Virus record (IMG/VR): IMGVR_UViG_3300032116_000031
Location: 64,001 to 128,000 of that record
Strand: one strand, 5' to 3'
DNA from: a virus
Length of the DNA stretch: 64,000 nucleotides
Each line of letters opens with the position of its first letter. The first letter of the stretch is position 1. The position numbers and the translations under genes are program-made. Under the pieces are notes generated by a model. That model ran no database searches. It saw only the letters and a program-made list of their open reading frames with translations, and was not told the origin of the DNA. This document shows, in pieces, positions 30,462 to 40,972 of this stretch.

Positions 30462-32360
30462 TTAAAATGGACCTGTGTTTCTACCGCCATTTGAATTAGT
30501 ACCTTTAAATAAATTTTCTATGTCTTGTTTAAATTTATTATCTTTTGATAAATCTACTTTTGTTGAAGGCTTACCATTAACATTAACATCAATTACAAAT
30601 GGTGCACCTGTTGAGGATACCTGAATCTGACCATTAGTTGTATTTGTTGTTGTATAATTTCCACCTGTTTGTTGTTGGACGGCGTTTGCTGATTTAAGAG
30701 TATTATCTTGGGGTTTAAATGATGTGTCTTTATTTTTATCTTTATCTGTAGGTGGTGACATTATACCTAAACCTGTTAATGTAGCATAAGTTAAAGGATT
30801 AGTAAACAACAACCCTTTTTTAACAGTGTTAATAAAACCAGTACCCCAATCTTCATCTCTAACAAATTTACCCGCACTTTCAGCTGCCCCTTGCTTTGCT
30901 TTATTTACAGTGTCAATTCCTTTATATAACTTACTATCAGGATCCCTTAACATTTGATTAAAATAAAATACGCCGTCTTTTGCATTTTTAGTTTCAATCG
31001 CTAAGGTTTCTAAATTATTAGAAGATTCTATTACTTTTTCTGCAAAATGTTGTAATTTTTCCACCATAGTTTGATTAGCTGTCGCTAAACTATCAAAACT
31101 ACTTTTTCCTTCTTCTGATGTTACTGTACTTAATCTTAAAATTTCTTGTTCAGTTAAATCTCTAACTGCTTTCGTTTGACCATCTACTTTAACAGTAGCA
31201 ACTCCTTGCTCAAAACTAGCCATTCCAGCTATTTTAGTTGCATATTCTCTTAAATTGGGTGATAACGTTCTTTCAATAATATCTTCTTTTTTCCCTAATT
31301 TAGCTTGTTGAGCTAATTCTTCCACCGATTGACCCGTTATTTTTGATAAATCTCTTAATGTACGATTTTCCATAGATGAAAGGTCAATCATACCTGTTTG
31401 CTTATTTAAAGCACCCATCCCTTTTGTAACTTCTGATAACTTTTCAGTGAAAGCCTCTAAATCGTTATTAGCGTCATATAATAAACTAAATGGATCACCC
31501 AACTTAGCAAATTCCCCACCTAACATTTGTAAACTTGCCGCAGCCTCTATCGCTCCTTCAGGGTCATAAACTTGGTCAGCAAAATTAGATATAGATTCCA
31601 TTTTCATACCTAATGCGTTAGCCTTTTTAACCATTTCACCTAATCCAGCTACACCATTCTTAAAATTAAATTTATCTATTAATCTAATATTGCTTTCAAT
31701 ATCATCAAATACTTTTTTAGTATTTAAACCTAACTTATTAACCTTTTTGTTTGTCTCATCTAAAAAATCAAAAGTATTTTCAATTGATGCACCGTATAAT
31801 TTAGTTAACCCGAATAATTCATTATAATTTTTACCTAATGTGTTAGAAATTTTAGTCATATCTGTCAATTCATCACCAGATAACATTATATTTCTACCGT
31901 AATTTTCAGTAAAAGTTTTATATGTTTCAGTTAATTCTTTTTGACCAAAACCTAAATCTTTTGTTTTACCACCCGCTATTAAGATATTTTCTTTGATTTG
32001 TTCTGAAAAACTACCTGCTATACCTAATTGTTTATTAGCACTATTAACTGCTCTTAACGTTTCATCCCAATATTTAGTAGCACCAAAAGGAACATTAAAT
32101 TCACTACCTAATTTAATGTTAAAAGTTTGTAGCAAATCGCTACTTTCAAGGTAGTTAGTAACAGCTTGTGCTCCTTTTAATTTTAAATAATCAAAACCAT
32201 AAATGTAAGTTTTAACAGCACCTTCAATAATAGGTAAAACTTGATCAAAAACGTTTGACGCAAGATTCATAGTTTTAGCTGCTTTTGCAGCACCACCAGA
32301 AAGTTTGCCTATATTACCGCCTAACGAAGCCATGCTTCTAAATATCGCTGCCCATGCCAT
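30462..32360 (-). CDS. Tape measure-like protein
   Basis: Ala/Gly/Lys-rich helical 632 aa ORF directly downstream of the tube and chaperone genes. Confidence 0.7.
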   Translation of the reverse strand: MAWAAIFRSMASLGGNIGKLSGGAAKAAKTMNLASNVFDQVLPIIEGAVKTYIYGFDYLKLKGAQAVTNYLESSDLLQTFNIKLGSEFNVPFGATKYWDETLRAVNSANKQLGIAGSFSEQIKENILIAGGKTKDLGFGQKELTETYKTFTENYGRNIMLSGDELTDMTKISNTLGKNYNELFGLTKLYGASIENTFDFLDETNKKVNKLGLNTKKVFDDIESNIRLIDKFNFKNGVAGLGEMVKKANALGMKMESISNFADQVYDPEGAIEAAASLQMLGGEFAKLGDPFSLLYDANNDLEAFTEKLSEVTKGMGALNKQTGMIDLSSMENRTLRDLSKITGQSVEELAQQAKLGKKEDIIERTLSPNLREYATKIAGMASFEQGVATVKVDGQTKAVRDLTEQEILRLSTVTSEEGKSSFDSLATANQTMVEKLQHFAEKVIESSNNLETLAIETKNAKDGVFYFNQMLRDPDSKLYKGIDTVNKAKQGAAESAGKFVRDEDWGTGFINTVKKGLLFTNPLTYATLTGLGIMSPPTDKDKNKDTSFKPQDNTLKSANAVQQQTGGNYTTTNTTNGQIQVSSTGAPFVIDVNVNGKPSTKVDLSKDNKFKQDIENLFKGTNSNGGRNTGPF

Positions 32361-32399
32361 ATGTTATTATTTTTTTATAATAAATAACGGCCAAAAAAA

Positions 32400-32603
32400 T
32401 TATTCATTTTTCTGACCGTTTTCAATTTTAATATATTCTACCAATTTTTCCAAATGAAATTTTCTTTCTAAAATTGGCATAGTTCTAACGTCTTCCCTTG
32501 TAAAATTACCATATTTTACAAGTAAAAGTAATTCTTCTAAGAAAACTTTAACATAATCTATCGAAACATCAAATATTCTACTACATATCTTTATATACTC
32601 GGA
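32400..32603 (-). CDS. -1 frame extension of the tail assembly chaperone (gpT/gp51-like, 67 aa)
   Basis: Frame open from the T9 run to TAA at 32402-32400: SEYIKICSRIFDVSIDYVKVFLEELLLLVKYGNFTREDVRTMPILERNFHLEKLVEYIKIENGQKNE. Confidence 0.75.
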   Translation of the reverse strand, partial: SEYIKICSRIFDVSIDYVKVFLEELLLLVKYGNFTREDVRTMPILERKFHLEKLVEYIKIENGQKNE

Positions 32604-33313
32604 AAAAAAAACTCACTTGTCAGTTCTAAACTTTGCTTTTTTAATTTCCCTGTTACAGGGCTTATAACTTCAATGTCTAAATCAAATGATGGCGTTACAT
32701 CACTCATATATTTAATTAGGTTATTAGCATCAACAATATTCATTTGTTTCACAAATGCAGAAATAACCATTTTATCTTTTTCGCCGTCCACTGAAGTAAT
32801 CAAACGTTCTAATCTAATAATTTTACTTAAAGGTGCATTTGAAGACATTTTCATAGCAGCCATTCTAATTTCTATTTCATCTTCTCCAGTCATTAATCTA
32901 AAAGTTACTCTTTTCTTAGATTTAGGTAATAAAAAATCAAATTCATTATTTTCATTTGGTTTAATATTAATTTCTTTTAATTTTAAAGTTGTTAAATCAA
33001 AATCAGCATATTGGCCGTCTACCTCAATCCTATAAATATTATCCATAGTCACCCTTAGAAAAATAAGAAGTGCTAATCTATCGCCTAACAACATTTTTCT
33101 AGGTGCAATAAAAGGAGTCTGTTCGTCTACCATTGTAACTTTCCTTTCCAATAACTTGTCAATCATTTCACCTGAATTAATTAAATTAGGTGAAGTCATA
33201 ATTTCTTCATCTGCTAATGTTAAATGATAAACTTTAACTTTTTCACATTTATTAGCATAAAATTTACCTTCAGAAGGTAAAGAAACTATATCGTATTTTG
33301 GTTCTGAAAACAT
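32591..33313 (-). CDS. Tail assembly chaperone / T4 gp26-like hub assembly protein
   Basis: YDIVSLPSEGKFY, LTLADEEI, FRLMTGEDE, EFFFP; sits between tube and tape measure. Confidence 0.75.
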   Translation of the reverse strand: MFSEPKYDIVSLPSEGKFYANKCEKVKVYHLTLADEEIMTSPNLINSGEMIDKLLERKVTMVDEQTPFIAPRKMLLGDRLALLIFLRVTMDNIYRIEVDGQYADFDLTTLKLKEINIKPNENNEFDFLLPKSKKRVTFRLMTGEDEIEIRMAAMKMSSNAPLSKIIRLERLITSVDGEKDKMVISAFVKQMNIVDANNLIKYMSDVTPSFDLDIEVISPVTGKLKKQSLELTSEFFFPSI

Positions 33314-33361
33314 ATATTTTTATTTGTTATTTTTTAAATATAAGGAAATTAAAATAATTCT

Positions 33362-33402
33362 AAAAAAATGCCATAAACCGAATAGTTCAGTTCATGGCAT
33401 TT
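33362..33402 (-). terminator. Probable terminator after the tail tube gene
   Basis: AAATGCCAT...ATGGCATTT imperfect stem with an A run on the + strand. Confidence 0.55.
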
Positions 33403-33425
33403 CAATATAATATATGAAAAAAATA

Positions 33426-33920
33426 TTAATATAACAATACACAATATTGTGGTTGTATGGTAAAAGATAACTCCAAAACATCATCATTATCATAAGATAA
33501 ACTGCCGCCAAAATCAATTGATTCCGTTAAAATACAGTTTACACATAACCATTCAGAAATTCTAACCCCAGTTGGATCAAGTAATTCTAAATTGATTGTT
33601 TTAGATGAACCTACATTATAAACCATACGTCCAGTTACAGATTCAGCATGTAAACGAAGCCATTCGATTAAACCTTGAGATGTGGACGGAGCAATGAAAT
33701 CTCTAACAGTAATAGCCATACTAGACCAAGTATATGAACCATTCACATATGTAGAAGTATTAATGAACTTCATTTCATTTGTAGTAATATTCATTTTAGG
33801 GGCATTAACAGATTTACAAGCCCAAGTTTGAATGCCTATATCGGTAGGGAATCTTAAAAGCCATCTATTTTGCTTTTTTGGTTCTGCTTTAAGTGGTGAT
33901 GACAATAGTAAATCAGCCAT
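33426..33920 (-). CDS. Tail tube protein, gp19-like
   Basis: EPKKQNRW...LDPTG....W; 164 aa, downstream of the sheath gene. Confidence 0.85.
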   Translation of the reverse strand: MADLLLSSPLKAEPKKQNRWLLRFPTDIGIQTWACKSVNAPKMNITTNEMKFINTSTYVNGSYTWSSMAITVRDFIAPSTSQGLIEWLRLHAESVTGRMVYNVGSSKTINLELLDPTGVRISEWLCVNCILTESIDFGGSLSYDNDDVLELSFTIQPQYCVLLY

Positions 33921-33973
33921 AATTATTTCTTTATTTAGTTGTTTTTTATTTTATAAATATATGTTTAAAAAAA

Positions 33974-35107
33974 TTATCTAGCGTATCCACCAAAAGAAGC
34001 TAATAAATTAGTTAAACGATTATTGGGACTTTTTAAATATTGTAACCTATCATCTAATAATTTTTTTATAACATTTTCAATTCTATCGTTTAATTCAGAG
34101 TTTTCTCTTGCTATATAGGCTGCGATCAAAGCTAACATTTTATCTATGTTTTTATCTCCGCTAATATTTATTGCCACTAATTCGTCAGCTGTTCTTTTCA
34201 TTACTGCTTTTGTAACTAATGCTGCTGCACTACTTCCGCCTCCTTTACTAATTTTTTTATATTCTTCTGCACTAATGTTTTCCATAACATCTCTAATAAG
34301 AGCATTTGTTTTTTTATTAAAGCCTAATAAAAAATTTATAGAAAATATTAATCTACTCATATTAGCATTTGTAAAAAAACCTTCGTTTATCTGTTCAGGT
34401 AATTGTTGAGGCGCTGGTTGCTGATTTGGTAGCAAATTTGGTAAATTACTTTTAATATCAGCAAAAGCAGTATTGTTTTTAATTAAAGATGTAATTTTAC
34501 TATCCAAGCCTTTAAACTCATTTGGAAAACTGTATTTACCACCTAAAAGAACATAAAAATATGTATACATTGCTTTTTTGATAGCATTATCTACTTTTTT
34601 ATTTCCAGTAAAAGAGCTTTTAGTTCCAAAGAAAGTAGAAGTAGGTTTAAAATAAAAATAAGTTATAAAATCTATATAAAACTTATAAACTTCTCTTTTA
34701 AGTTTAGGTAAATCACTATTTTTACCTAATGAATATAAAGCAATTGTTATAAATAAAGCTTGGTTATCTCCATATTTTTCTTTTATATATTCAACAAAAT
34801 CATCATAATTAGATAAATTGTTAATAAAAGTTTCATTTGTTTGTCTAATAAGTTCTTGTTTTTGATTTTTTGGTAACAAAAGAAATTTTTTAATTATCTC
34901 TTCTGGTTCTGCAACATCAGGAGAATCTTTATCATTATTCGATTGATTCAATTGATTTGCTTTATTATTTTTTGGGTTATATACTAAATTAGTAGGATTA
35001 ATTCGAGCTTCACACAAAGAAAGAAGGTTTCCGACAACGTATTGTCGGAAAACTTCTTCTTTAACTATATCCTTAATTGATTTATTATCAGTTATTAAAT
35101 TAAACAT
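33974..35107 (-). CDS. Hypothetical protein with IVKEE/INEG sites, possible head-internal protein
   Basis: ORF 33974..35122; ATG at 35107 overlaps the sheath stop. Confidence 0.6.
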   Translation of the reverse strand: MFNLITDNKSIKDIVKEEVFRQYVVGNLLSLCEARINPTNLVYNPKNNKANQLNQSNNDKDSPDVAEPEEIIKKFLLLPKNQKQELIRQTNETFINNLSNYDDFVEYIKEKYGDNQALFITIALYSLGKNSDLPKLKREVYKFYIDFITYFYFKPTSTFFGTKSSFTGNKKVDNAIKKAMYTYFYVLLGGKYSFPNEFKGLDSKITSLIKNNTAFADIKSNLPNLLPNQQPAPQQLPEQINEGFFTNANMSRLIFSINFLLGFNKKTNALIRDVMENISAEEYKKISKGGGSSAAALVTKAVMKRTADELVAINISGDKNIDKMLALIAAYIARENSELNDRIENVIKKLLDDRLQYLKSPNNRLTNLLASFGGYAR

Positions 35108-38100
35108 TGTCAAAGCTTGCACTATTATTTGTTAATGTGAAACCAATATTGATTTGTTCTAAGGCCAATGTTGGTTGAATTAAAATCTTACCATTAAGCT
35201 CATTTGTTTCAAATGCTCTTGGGTTGTTATCTAATTCAATTCTGAAGTTAATGATACCTCTTTCGTTTCTGATATTAGATAATATCGGATTTACAAGGCT
35301 TTCAAACTGTCTACGAACTGTTTCATCATTTTGCTCGAATAACAAATTAACTGAAACGTCAGCCAACAACTGTCTGATATAGATCATCAATCTTCTAACA
35401 TTGATTCTATCTAAAACTGTTTCTTCTATCTGAAGTGTTTTATTACCCCAAGTAGTAACAATTCCAGCATCTCTCCACATACTATTGATACGTCCTGTGT
35501 ACAAGTCATCTCTTTCGTCCTGTGTTGGATTTTTAACAACATCTACGAAGATACTACCACCACGTCTTTTACCGCTAGGTGCGAACCAAACTCTTGAAAT
35601 TCTATCATTCACGGCGTAGATGCGAGGCATATCAACACTTGCAGGAACATAAACGTAAGTATTGTTTTCCAAATCGTTATAGATACAATCATAAGCATAT
35701 GTAGCGGCAAATGAAGTAGAATATAAACCATCTAATCTATCAGCCAAGAATTTAGCACTGTAAGGAACGCCGTCCACATCCCTAGAAGGAGTATCAGCAA
35801 TATAGAAAGCATCACAACGAACTTCCTCCAACATTTCAATCATTTCTTCAACCAAATTAGAGTTATCAAAAGTATTGATATTAGGAGTAACAACTAAGTT
35901 ATATTTAACTGCTTCTGGGTTAGCTATCGCTCTAATACCTTTTAGGTAAGCATAGTAATCAGAATTAATAACAGTTGAAACTTCGCCGTCGAAATCTTCT
36001 AAAACATAAGTATCAAAAGCGCTAGAAGCCAATCCTAAAATACCGTTAGTTCCATTTACCACATATTGATCTCCATTACTTCTGTTACCAGTAGTCAATC
36101 TGTGAATATCCCATCCATCAAAGCCACCGTAGAAAGCCAAAGTAAACTTCCTAGCATTTAACTTAGCATATTGAGTACCTTCCAAATCAGCATCATTTCT
36201 GAATTCAGCGTTACCAACTTGGAAAGACAATGAACCTACACCGTCAACAGAAGCAGTTGTAGCATCAACGTCAAGGTGGAAACCATCCGTTGTACCTGTA
36301 AATGAAAGTACACCTGAACTTGGTTGACCGTGCCAATCAAATAAATCTTGATCGTAACCATCATTACTATTTAAACCCAAGAATTCATAACGTACTTTAT
36401 CGGTAGTTTCATAATTGGTTTTGTATTGAATAGTAGGTGCAACCGCGCAATCACCGTAATCTACAACAGGGTATCCTTCGTAACCAGCAGGGAAAGCATC
36501 ATAAACACAAGTTGCAGCTACATCTACACTTATATACATTGATTGTTGTGGATAAATATCGTTAAGAGCTTTACCACCAATCAATCTTGCAATATAATTA
36601 TTGCTCTGAACATCCAAAGAACAGTTAGCAAATTGCTCCAATATTACAGGGTTCTTATCTGTATCGTTATAACTTCTTACCAATACATCAAACAATCTTC
36701 TATCAGGACGAATGTTTGTGATACTAATTTTAATATATCTATTAGAAGAATCACCATCGCCTAATGTTAAGAACTTAAACAATCTAACAACTTTATTACC
36801 ACGTAATTCAGATACAATATATGGGGTTTCTGCACCACGATATTCTTGCTTGTAATTCCATAAAGTAGTGTTATGGCAAATTGTAGGCTTGATGCAGTGG
36901 ATTTTATTCAAAGCCACCATGTTATCAAACATTTTCTGATACAATTCAGAAATGAACAATGGAGAATCACTCTCACAGCAATTTGCTCTTACACCAAAAA
37001 CTTTATTGATATAATTTTTCTTTCTTGTATCCAATGATACAATATAAGAAAATTCAGCACCGCTAGTATCAGTTCCAGTTAATCTGAAATCATCATATGG
37101 CTTAATCATTTGGCCAGCAACTAATGGCTCAATTAAAATATTAGTGTTCTTAACTCTAAACTCTAACTCTTCATTTCCATTATATGAACCAACACTTCTT
37201 AAACCACAAACAATCTGATTTTCGAATTCAGCAAGAGCAATTGCAGTTAATTCAGTTGCGCTACCACTTAATTGAATGGTAACAATACCAGAAGGAATCT
37301 GAATTTCAGTGGTGCTGCTTCCTGATTGGAATACAGGAGTATTAATTACAGTTGTACCAGTAACAATGGTATAACCAGTACCGTTAATTCCATTGCAATC
37401 GTATTCTACTAAATTAGAACCTAATTCGCAAATTTTGTATAGAGTACCGTTTAAAATGTCGCCGTTAGGTAAAGTAATTGTACCATTTTGAATGGTGATG
37501 CTTTCATCGGCATTATGTGTTATTGTACCACCTTTAATCACTATCAAACCAGCGCTAACAGGTTGTACTTCACTTGAATTTTGATCGACAATTACAATTG
37601 GAGTAGTAACTGTGATATTCAAAGTAGAGCCAATTGTTTGTGTTCCAACACCAAACTGAACAGAGCAAGTTTCAGTGATTGAACTTTGATAAACATATCC
37701 ACCTTGGGTTGTTACACCAGTAAGACAAATATATTGATCATCTCTACCAGTAACAACAGCATCAAATCTGCTGCTATAAAAATTACCGTCACAGTTAGAT
37801 ACAAAACCATCTAAACTAGTGTAAGATAAAGTAGTACCAGTAGATACGTTATAACCACCTAATGTATCAGCAGTTAAAAACCCTGCATCGAACATATCTT
37901 GTAAGGTGGAATTGCTAAAACTACCTGATGTTAATACACCATTAGCATATTGGATTTCGCCTGTGAAATTGCTAACAGCTCCTTCAGTAATAGTATTGGT
38001 ATCAACACTACCACCAACGGTAATGCCCCAAAGATCACCTGCATCGTATCCAGATAACCCCAATACCCTACAAACATACATTTCATTTGATTCTTGTAGG

Positions 38101-38351
38101 AATTGTTTTGCCGTATATGCCCCTTGGAATTTTAATTGATTCGTATTTTTGTATTTACAAGGATTCAATGAACCGAATTTAGCAGAAAATTCGTTATAGT
38201 TAGAAACCCTTGTTATATCAAAAGCCGAACCGTATTCAAATTCACCCATAATCATCAATTTGGTTAAAGCAAATTGACGTTGTGTTGTAAAACTTAAATC
38301 ACGCTCGGTAAAATTAACAGAAGGTGAAACTCTTATTCTATTATTTGCCAT
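35100..38351 (-). CDS. Contractile tail sheath protein, gp18-like, with large insertions
   Basis: SPSV.F.E.DLS N-terminus; WFAPSG..RG, WGNKTLQ, DRINVRRL, LFEQND. Confidence 0.93.
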   Translation of the reverse strand: MANNRIRVSPSVNFTERDLSFTTQRQFALTKLMIMGEFEYGSAFDITRVSNYNEFSAKFGSLNPCKYKNTNQLKFQGAYTAKQFLQESNEMYVCRVLGLSGYDAGDLWGITVGGSVDTNTITEGAVSNFTGEIQYANGVLTSGSFSNSTLQDMFDAGFLTADTLGGYNVSTGTTLSYTSLDGFVSNCDGNFYSSRFDAVVTGRDDQYICLTGVTTQGGYVYQSSITETCSVQFGVGTQTIGSTLNITVTTPIVIVDQNSSEVQPVSAGLIVIKGGTITHNADESITIQNGTITLPNGDILNGTLYKICELGSNLVEYDCNGINGTGYTIVTGTTVINTPVFQSGSSTTEIQIPSGIVTIQLSGSATELTAIALAEFENQIVCGLRSVGSYNGNEELEFRVKNTNILIEPLVAGQMIKPYDDFRLTGTDTSGAEFSYIVSLDTRKKNYINKVFGVRANCCESDSPLFISELYQKMFDNMVALNKIHCIKPTICHNTTLWNYKQEYRGAETPYIVSELRGNKVVRLFKFLTLGDGDSSNRYIKISITNIRPDRRLFDVLVRSYNDTDKNPVILEQFANCSLDVQSNNYIARLIGGKALNDIYPQQSMYISVDVAATCVYDAFPAGYEGYPVVDYGDCAVAPTIQYKTNYETTDKVRYEFLGLNSNDGYDQDLFDWHGQPSSGVLSFTGTTDGFHLDVDATTASVDGVGSLSFQVGNAEFRNDADLEGTQYAKLNARKFTLAFYGGFDGWDIHRLTTGNRSNGDQYVVNGTNGILGLASSAFDTYVLEDFDGEVSTVINSDYYAYLKGIRAIANPEAVKYNLVVTPNINTFDNSNLVEEMIEMLEEVRCDAFYIADTPSRDVDGVPYSAKFLADRLDGLYSTSFAATYAYDCIYNDLENNTYVYVPASVDMPRIYAVNDRISRVWFAPSGKRRGGSIFVDVVKNPTQDERDDLYTGRINSMWRDAGIVTTWGNKTLQIEETVLDRINVRRLMIYIRQLLADVSVNLLFEQNDETVRRQFESLVNPILSNIRNERGIINFRIELDNNPRAFETNELNGKILIQPTLALEQINIGFTLTNNSASFDNV

Positions 38352-38397
38352 TATTATTTTGATTTTTATATAAATATGTCTTATATTTGTGAATTAA

Positions 38398-39483
38398 TCA
38401 TAAACTTTCGCCACATAGTCTTATTTGAACTGTTTTCGTAATTGATTTATTATAAACTAATTTTAAAATGTCACCTATATTAATATTAAAAGGTATAGTT
38501 ACAGGAACATTATTCACAAAATAACTTACATTATTTCCAGTATTCGATTGATTATCATATGTTACATTGAAGTCAAAAGTCATTTTATATTCGATAGTTT
38601 TATTTGATTTTTTATTCAAATTAAAAACCAAACATTTACTACAAGAATCAAATCCCCCAACCGTTTCTATCCTACAAGGAGAATCATTTTTAGGCTCATC
38701 TCCTTTTATATCCATCTTAATTGAATTGAACGATCGTTTTATAACATAATCGTTTTCACCTATTATGAATGCCTGCATATCTATCACATACATACTTCTA
38801 TAATATCTTCTTTCTTCTATCTCTCTTTTATGGCTTTCCGATATATCATTTAGTTTAATTTCCATATTATGTCCAAAGACATTAATAGTGGGTGTGGTAT
38901 TTCTCTTAAATAAATTTAAAATCAATTCGTTAAACTTATTTATTTCCCGTAGACTATTGGAGAATAAATTAATTTTATATTGTAAATCGACATAAGTGGG
39001 TTCAGAAACCTCAACGTATTCATATATTGTTTGCCCATTAATTACTTTGGGGATACGATATAATGGGAATGTAATATTTACTGGTAATACACCATTTATA
39101 GTATTAAGGTAAGTACCCTTTTTTGCAGGGCTTTCCTTTGTTATAGTTATAATTGGTAATGGATGTTGACTTTCGCCGTCCAAATTACCCCAAGTCTGGA
39201 TTAATTCAGATAATCTTTGATTAGTGAATAAATAAACAGGTACTTTTTTACCATCTAATTCGAAATTAAAATTATCTACCCAAGTTTTAAATGAATTATC
39301 CAAATCAGTTATGTCTATTTTTTTAGGGACAAACAATTGATCTTTTACAACCTCTTGGGTTATAATTTCTGTAACAAGTTCATTATTTTCAACTAATTGT
39401 TGCTTAGGCACATTAGGCAAGTCAACCGCCTTATCTGCATAATTACTAGGCTTCTTTATTATTATTGACTTAGGTGGTTGCAT
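38398..39483 (-). CDS. Tail terminator / sheath stabiliser, gp15-like
   Basis: VPV, LPIITI, P.YVDLQYKI; position upstream of the sheath gene. Confidence 0.55.
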   Translation of the reverse strand: MQPPKSIIIKKPSNYADKAVDLPNVPKQQLVENNELVTEIITQEVVKDQLFVPKKIDITDLDNSFKTWVDNFNFELDGKKVPVYLFTNQRLSELIQTWGNLDGESQHPLPIITITKESPAKKGTYLNTINGVLPVNITFPLYRIPKVINGQTIYEYVEVSEPTYVDLQYKINLFSNSLREINKFNELILNLFKRNTTPTINVFGHNMEIKLNDISESHKREIEERRYYRSMYVIDMQAFIIGENDYVIKRSFNSIKMDIKGDEPKNDSPCRIETVGGFDSCSKCLVFNLNKKSNKTIEYKMTFDFNVTYDNQSNTGNNVSYFVNNVPVTIPFNINIGDILKLVYNKSITKTVQIRLCGESL

Positions 39484-40872
39484 TTAAAAGAATATTTGGT
39501 TTGTTATTACATTGAATTTAATTTTGTTTTCGTAAGTCTTAACTGTTTGTTTGTTTACGACTTTAAAATCAATGATGTATGTTTGTGGTATCATCCAACT
39601 AGTATCCAGCAGAAACCAATTTTCACAGACACCTCTATTCACAGGCATCCAATCTATAATAGTTACTTCATCATAATTACCTTCTTTTAAATACACTTTA
39701 TAGAATACATTATCTACTGAAATTGATTTTGTGGGGTTGGACGGCGATTTTATATCTACGAAAATTTTACGGACATCCCCTTGCTTAATAATCTCATCTC
39801 TCTGTATCCCCCTAAAAGAAAAATGGAAATTAGTTACAGGTACAGGTGTATTATAACCGAATCCATAATAATCACTAGCAGGTAATATATTGAATTTAAA
39901 GGATTGATTTGGTAGACTTTTTCCATTTATAGAAATTGCCGTCCAAACATCCTTCCAAGCATAACATTTATCTATATTTGCAGAATCAATTTCGAACTCA
40001 ACGTAGTAAATACCTAAATCCTGACAAGTACCTGTTAAAGTGAATTGCAAAGCATTAGTTTCATCGTATATATTAACTATTGGGTTTTCATCTAATTTTA
40101 CAGGTTCGCCGTCCACCGTCGCATACAAATATAACCTATTCAACTTATCTAAATAAAACTTAGCCCTATCATCATAGATAGCATTAACATATTCAGTTTC
40201 TAAATAAGGCTCATAAAAAGTATTCGTTTCTTTACCAAAGAAAACAACATGATTCTCTGTATCATTTAATTCCCTCTCCAAATCATAATGGAAAGCTAAA
40301 CCAAAACCATAGTTAGGAACATCATTCAAAATTAAATCATTCACTATATCTGTAACATCCATCCTCAAATCTAAACTGTTACAATTAACCTCCTGACATA
40401 ACAAATAAGTAGGTGTACTGTATAATGAATCAAACACGCCTTCTTCTGACCAAGTAGTACCTGATTGAGCGTAAAACCAGTTGGACGGCGATTTATCTAC
40501 CGTGCAATTTAATTCAGCAAAAGAAGTACACCCCTGCGCACAAGAATTACTAACCCCACAACCTTCATCCCAAGGTTGATCCAATCTAAACAAACAGATG
40601 TTATAGCTATTAGGCATACAAGCATTAGCCTTCTGGGTAAAACCACTGTGCTTAAAATTCAAATAATGTTTAACAGTAGTTAAATCACCTAATTCACAAT
40701 TCAAAAATTGATTTTTCAATTCAATCACATCGAACTGAAACAAATACCTTGAAAAATTAGGATTACTTACTCCACCACCGTAAAATAAATCAACGATAGG
40801 TAAATTGCCATAATTAAATTCTGATTTATATGTTATAGTGTTATCCTTGGAAAAGTAGGTCCTTTTATACAT
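39484..40872 (-). CDS. Cys-rich virion structural protein
   Basis: 462 aa; SRYLFQFD, WDEG.G, P.LE pattern typical of DNRLRE-like beta domains. Confidence 0.5.
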   Translation of the reverse strand: MYKRTYFSKDNTITYKSEFNYGNLPIVDLFYGGGVSNPNFSRYLFQFDVIELKNQFLNCELGDLTTVKHYLNFKHSGFTQKANACMPNSYNICLFRLDQPWDEGCGVSNSCAQGCTSFAELNCTVDKSPSNWFYAQSGTTWSEEGVFDSLYSTPTYLLCQEVNCNSLDLRMDVTDIVNDLILNDVPNYGFGLAFHYDLERELNDTENHVVFFGKETNTFYEPYLETEYVNAIYDDRAKFYLDKLNRLYLYATVDGEPVKLDENPIVNIYDETNALQFTLTGTCQDLGIYYVEFEIDSANIDKCYAWKDVWTAISINGKSLPNQSFKFNILPASDYYGFGYNTPVPVTNFHFSFRGIQRDEIIKQGDVRKIFVDIKSPSNPTKSISVDNVFYKVYLKEGNYDEVTIIDWMPVNRGVCENWFLLDTSWMIPQTYIIDFKVVNKQTVKTYENKIKFNVITNQIFF

Positions 40873-40929
40873 TGGAAAATATTTTTTTAAATAAATATAA
40901 AAAATCTAAACTCTTTGGAAAAAATACCG

Positions 40930-40937
40930 TACATTTG
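40930..40937 (+). promoter_or_regulatory. Bacteroidota -7 promoter element
   Basis: TACATTTG 35 nt upstream of ATG 40973. Confidence 0.55.
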
Positions 40938-40972
40938 CAGCACTGTTTAACTTCTAACAAGAATAACAAAAT

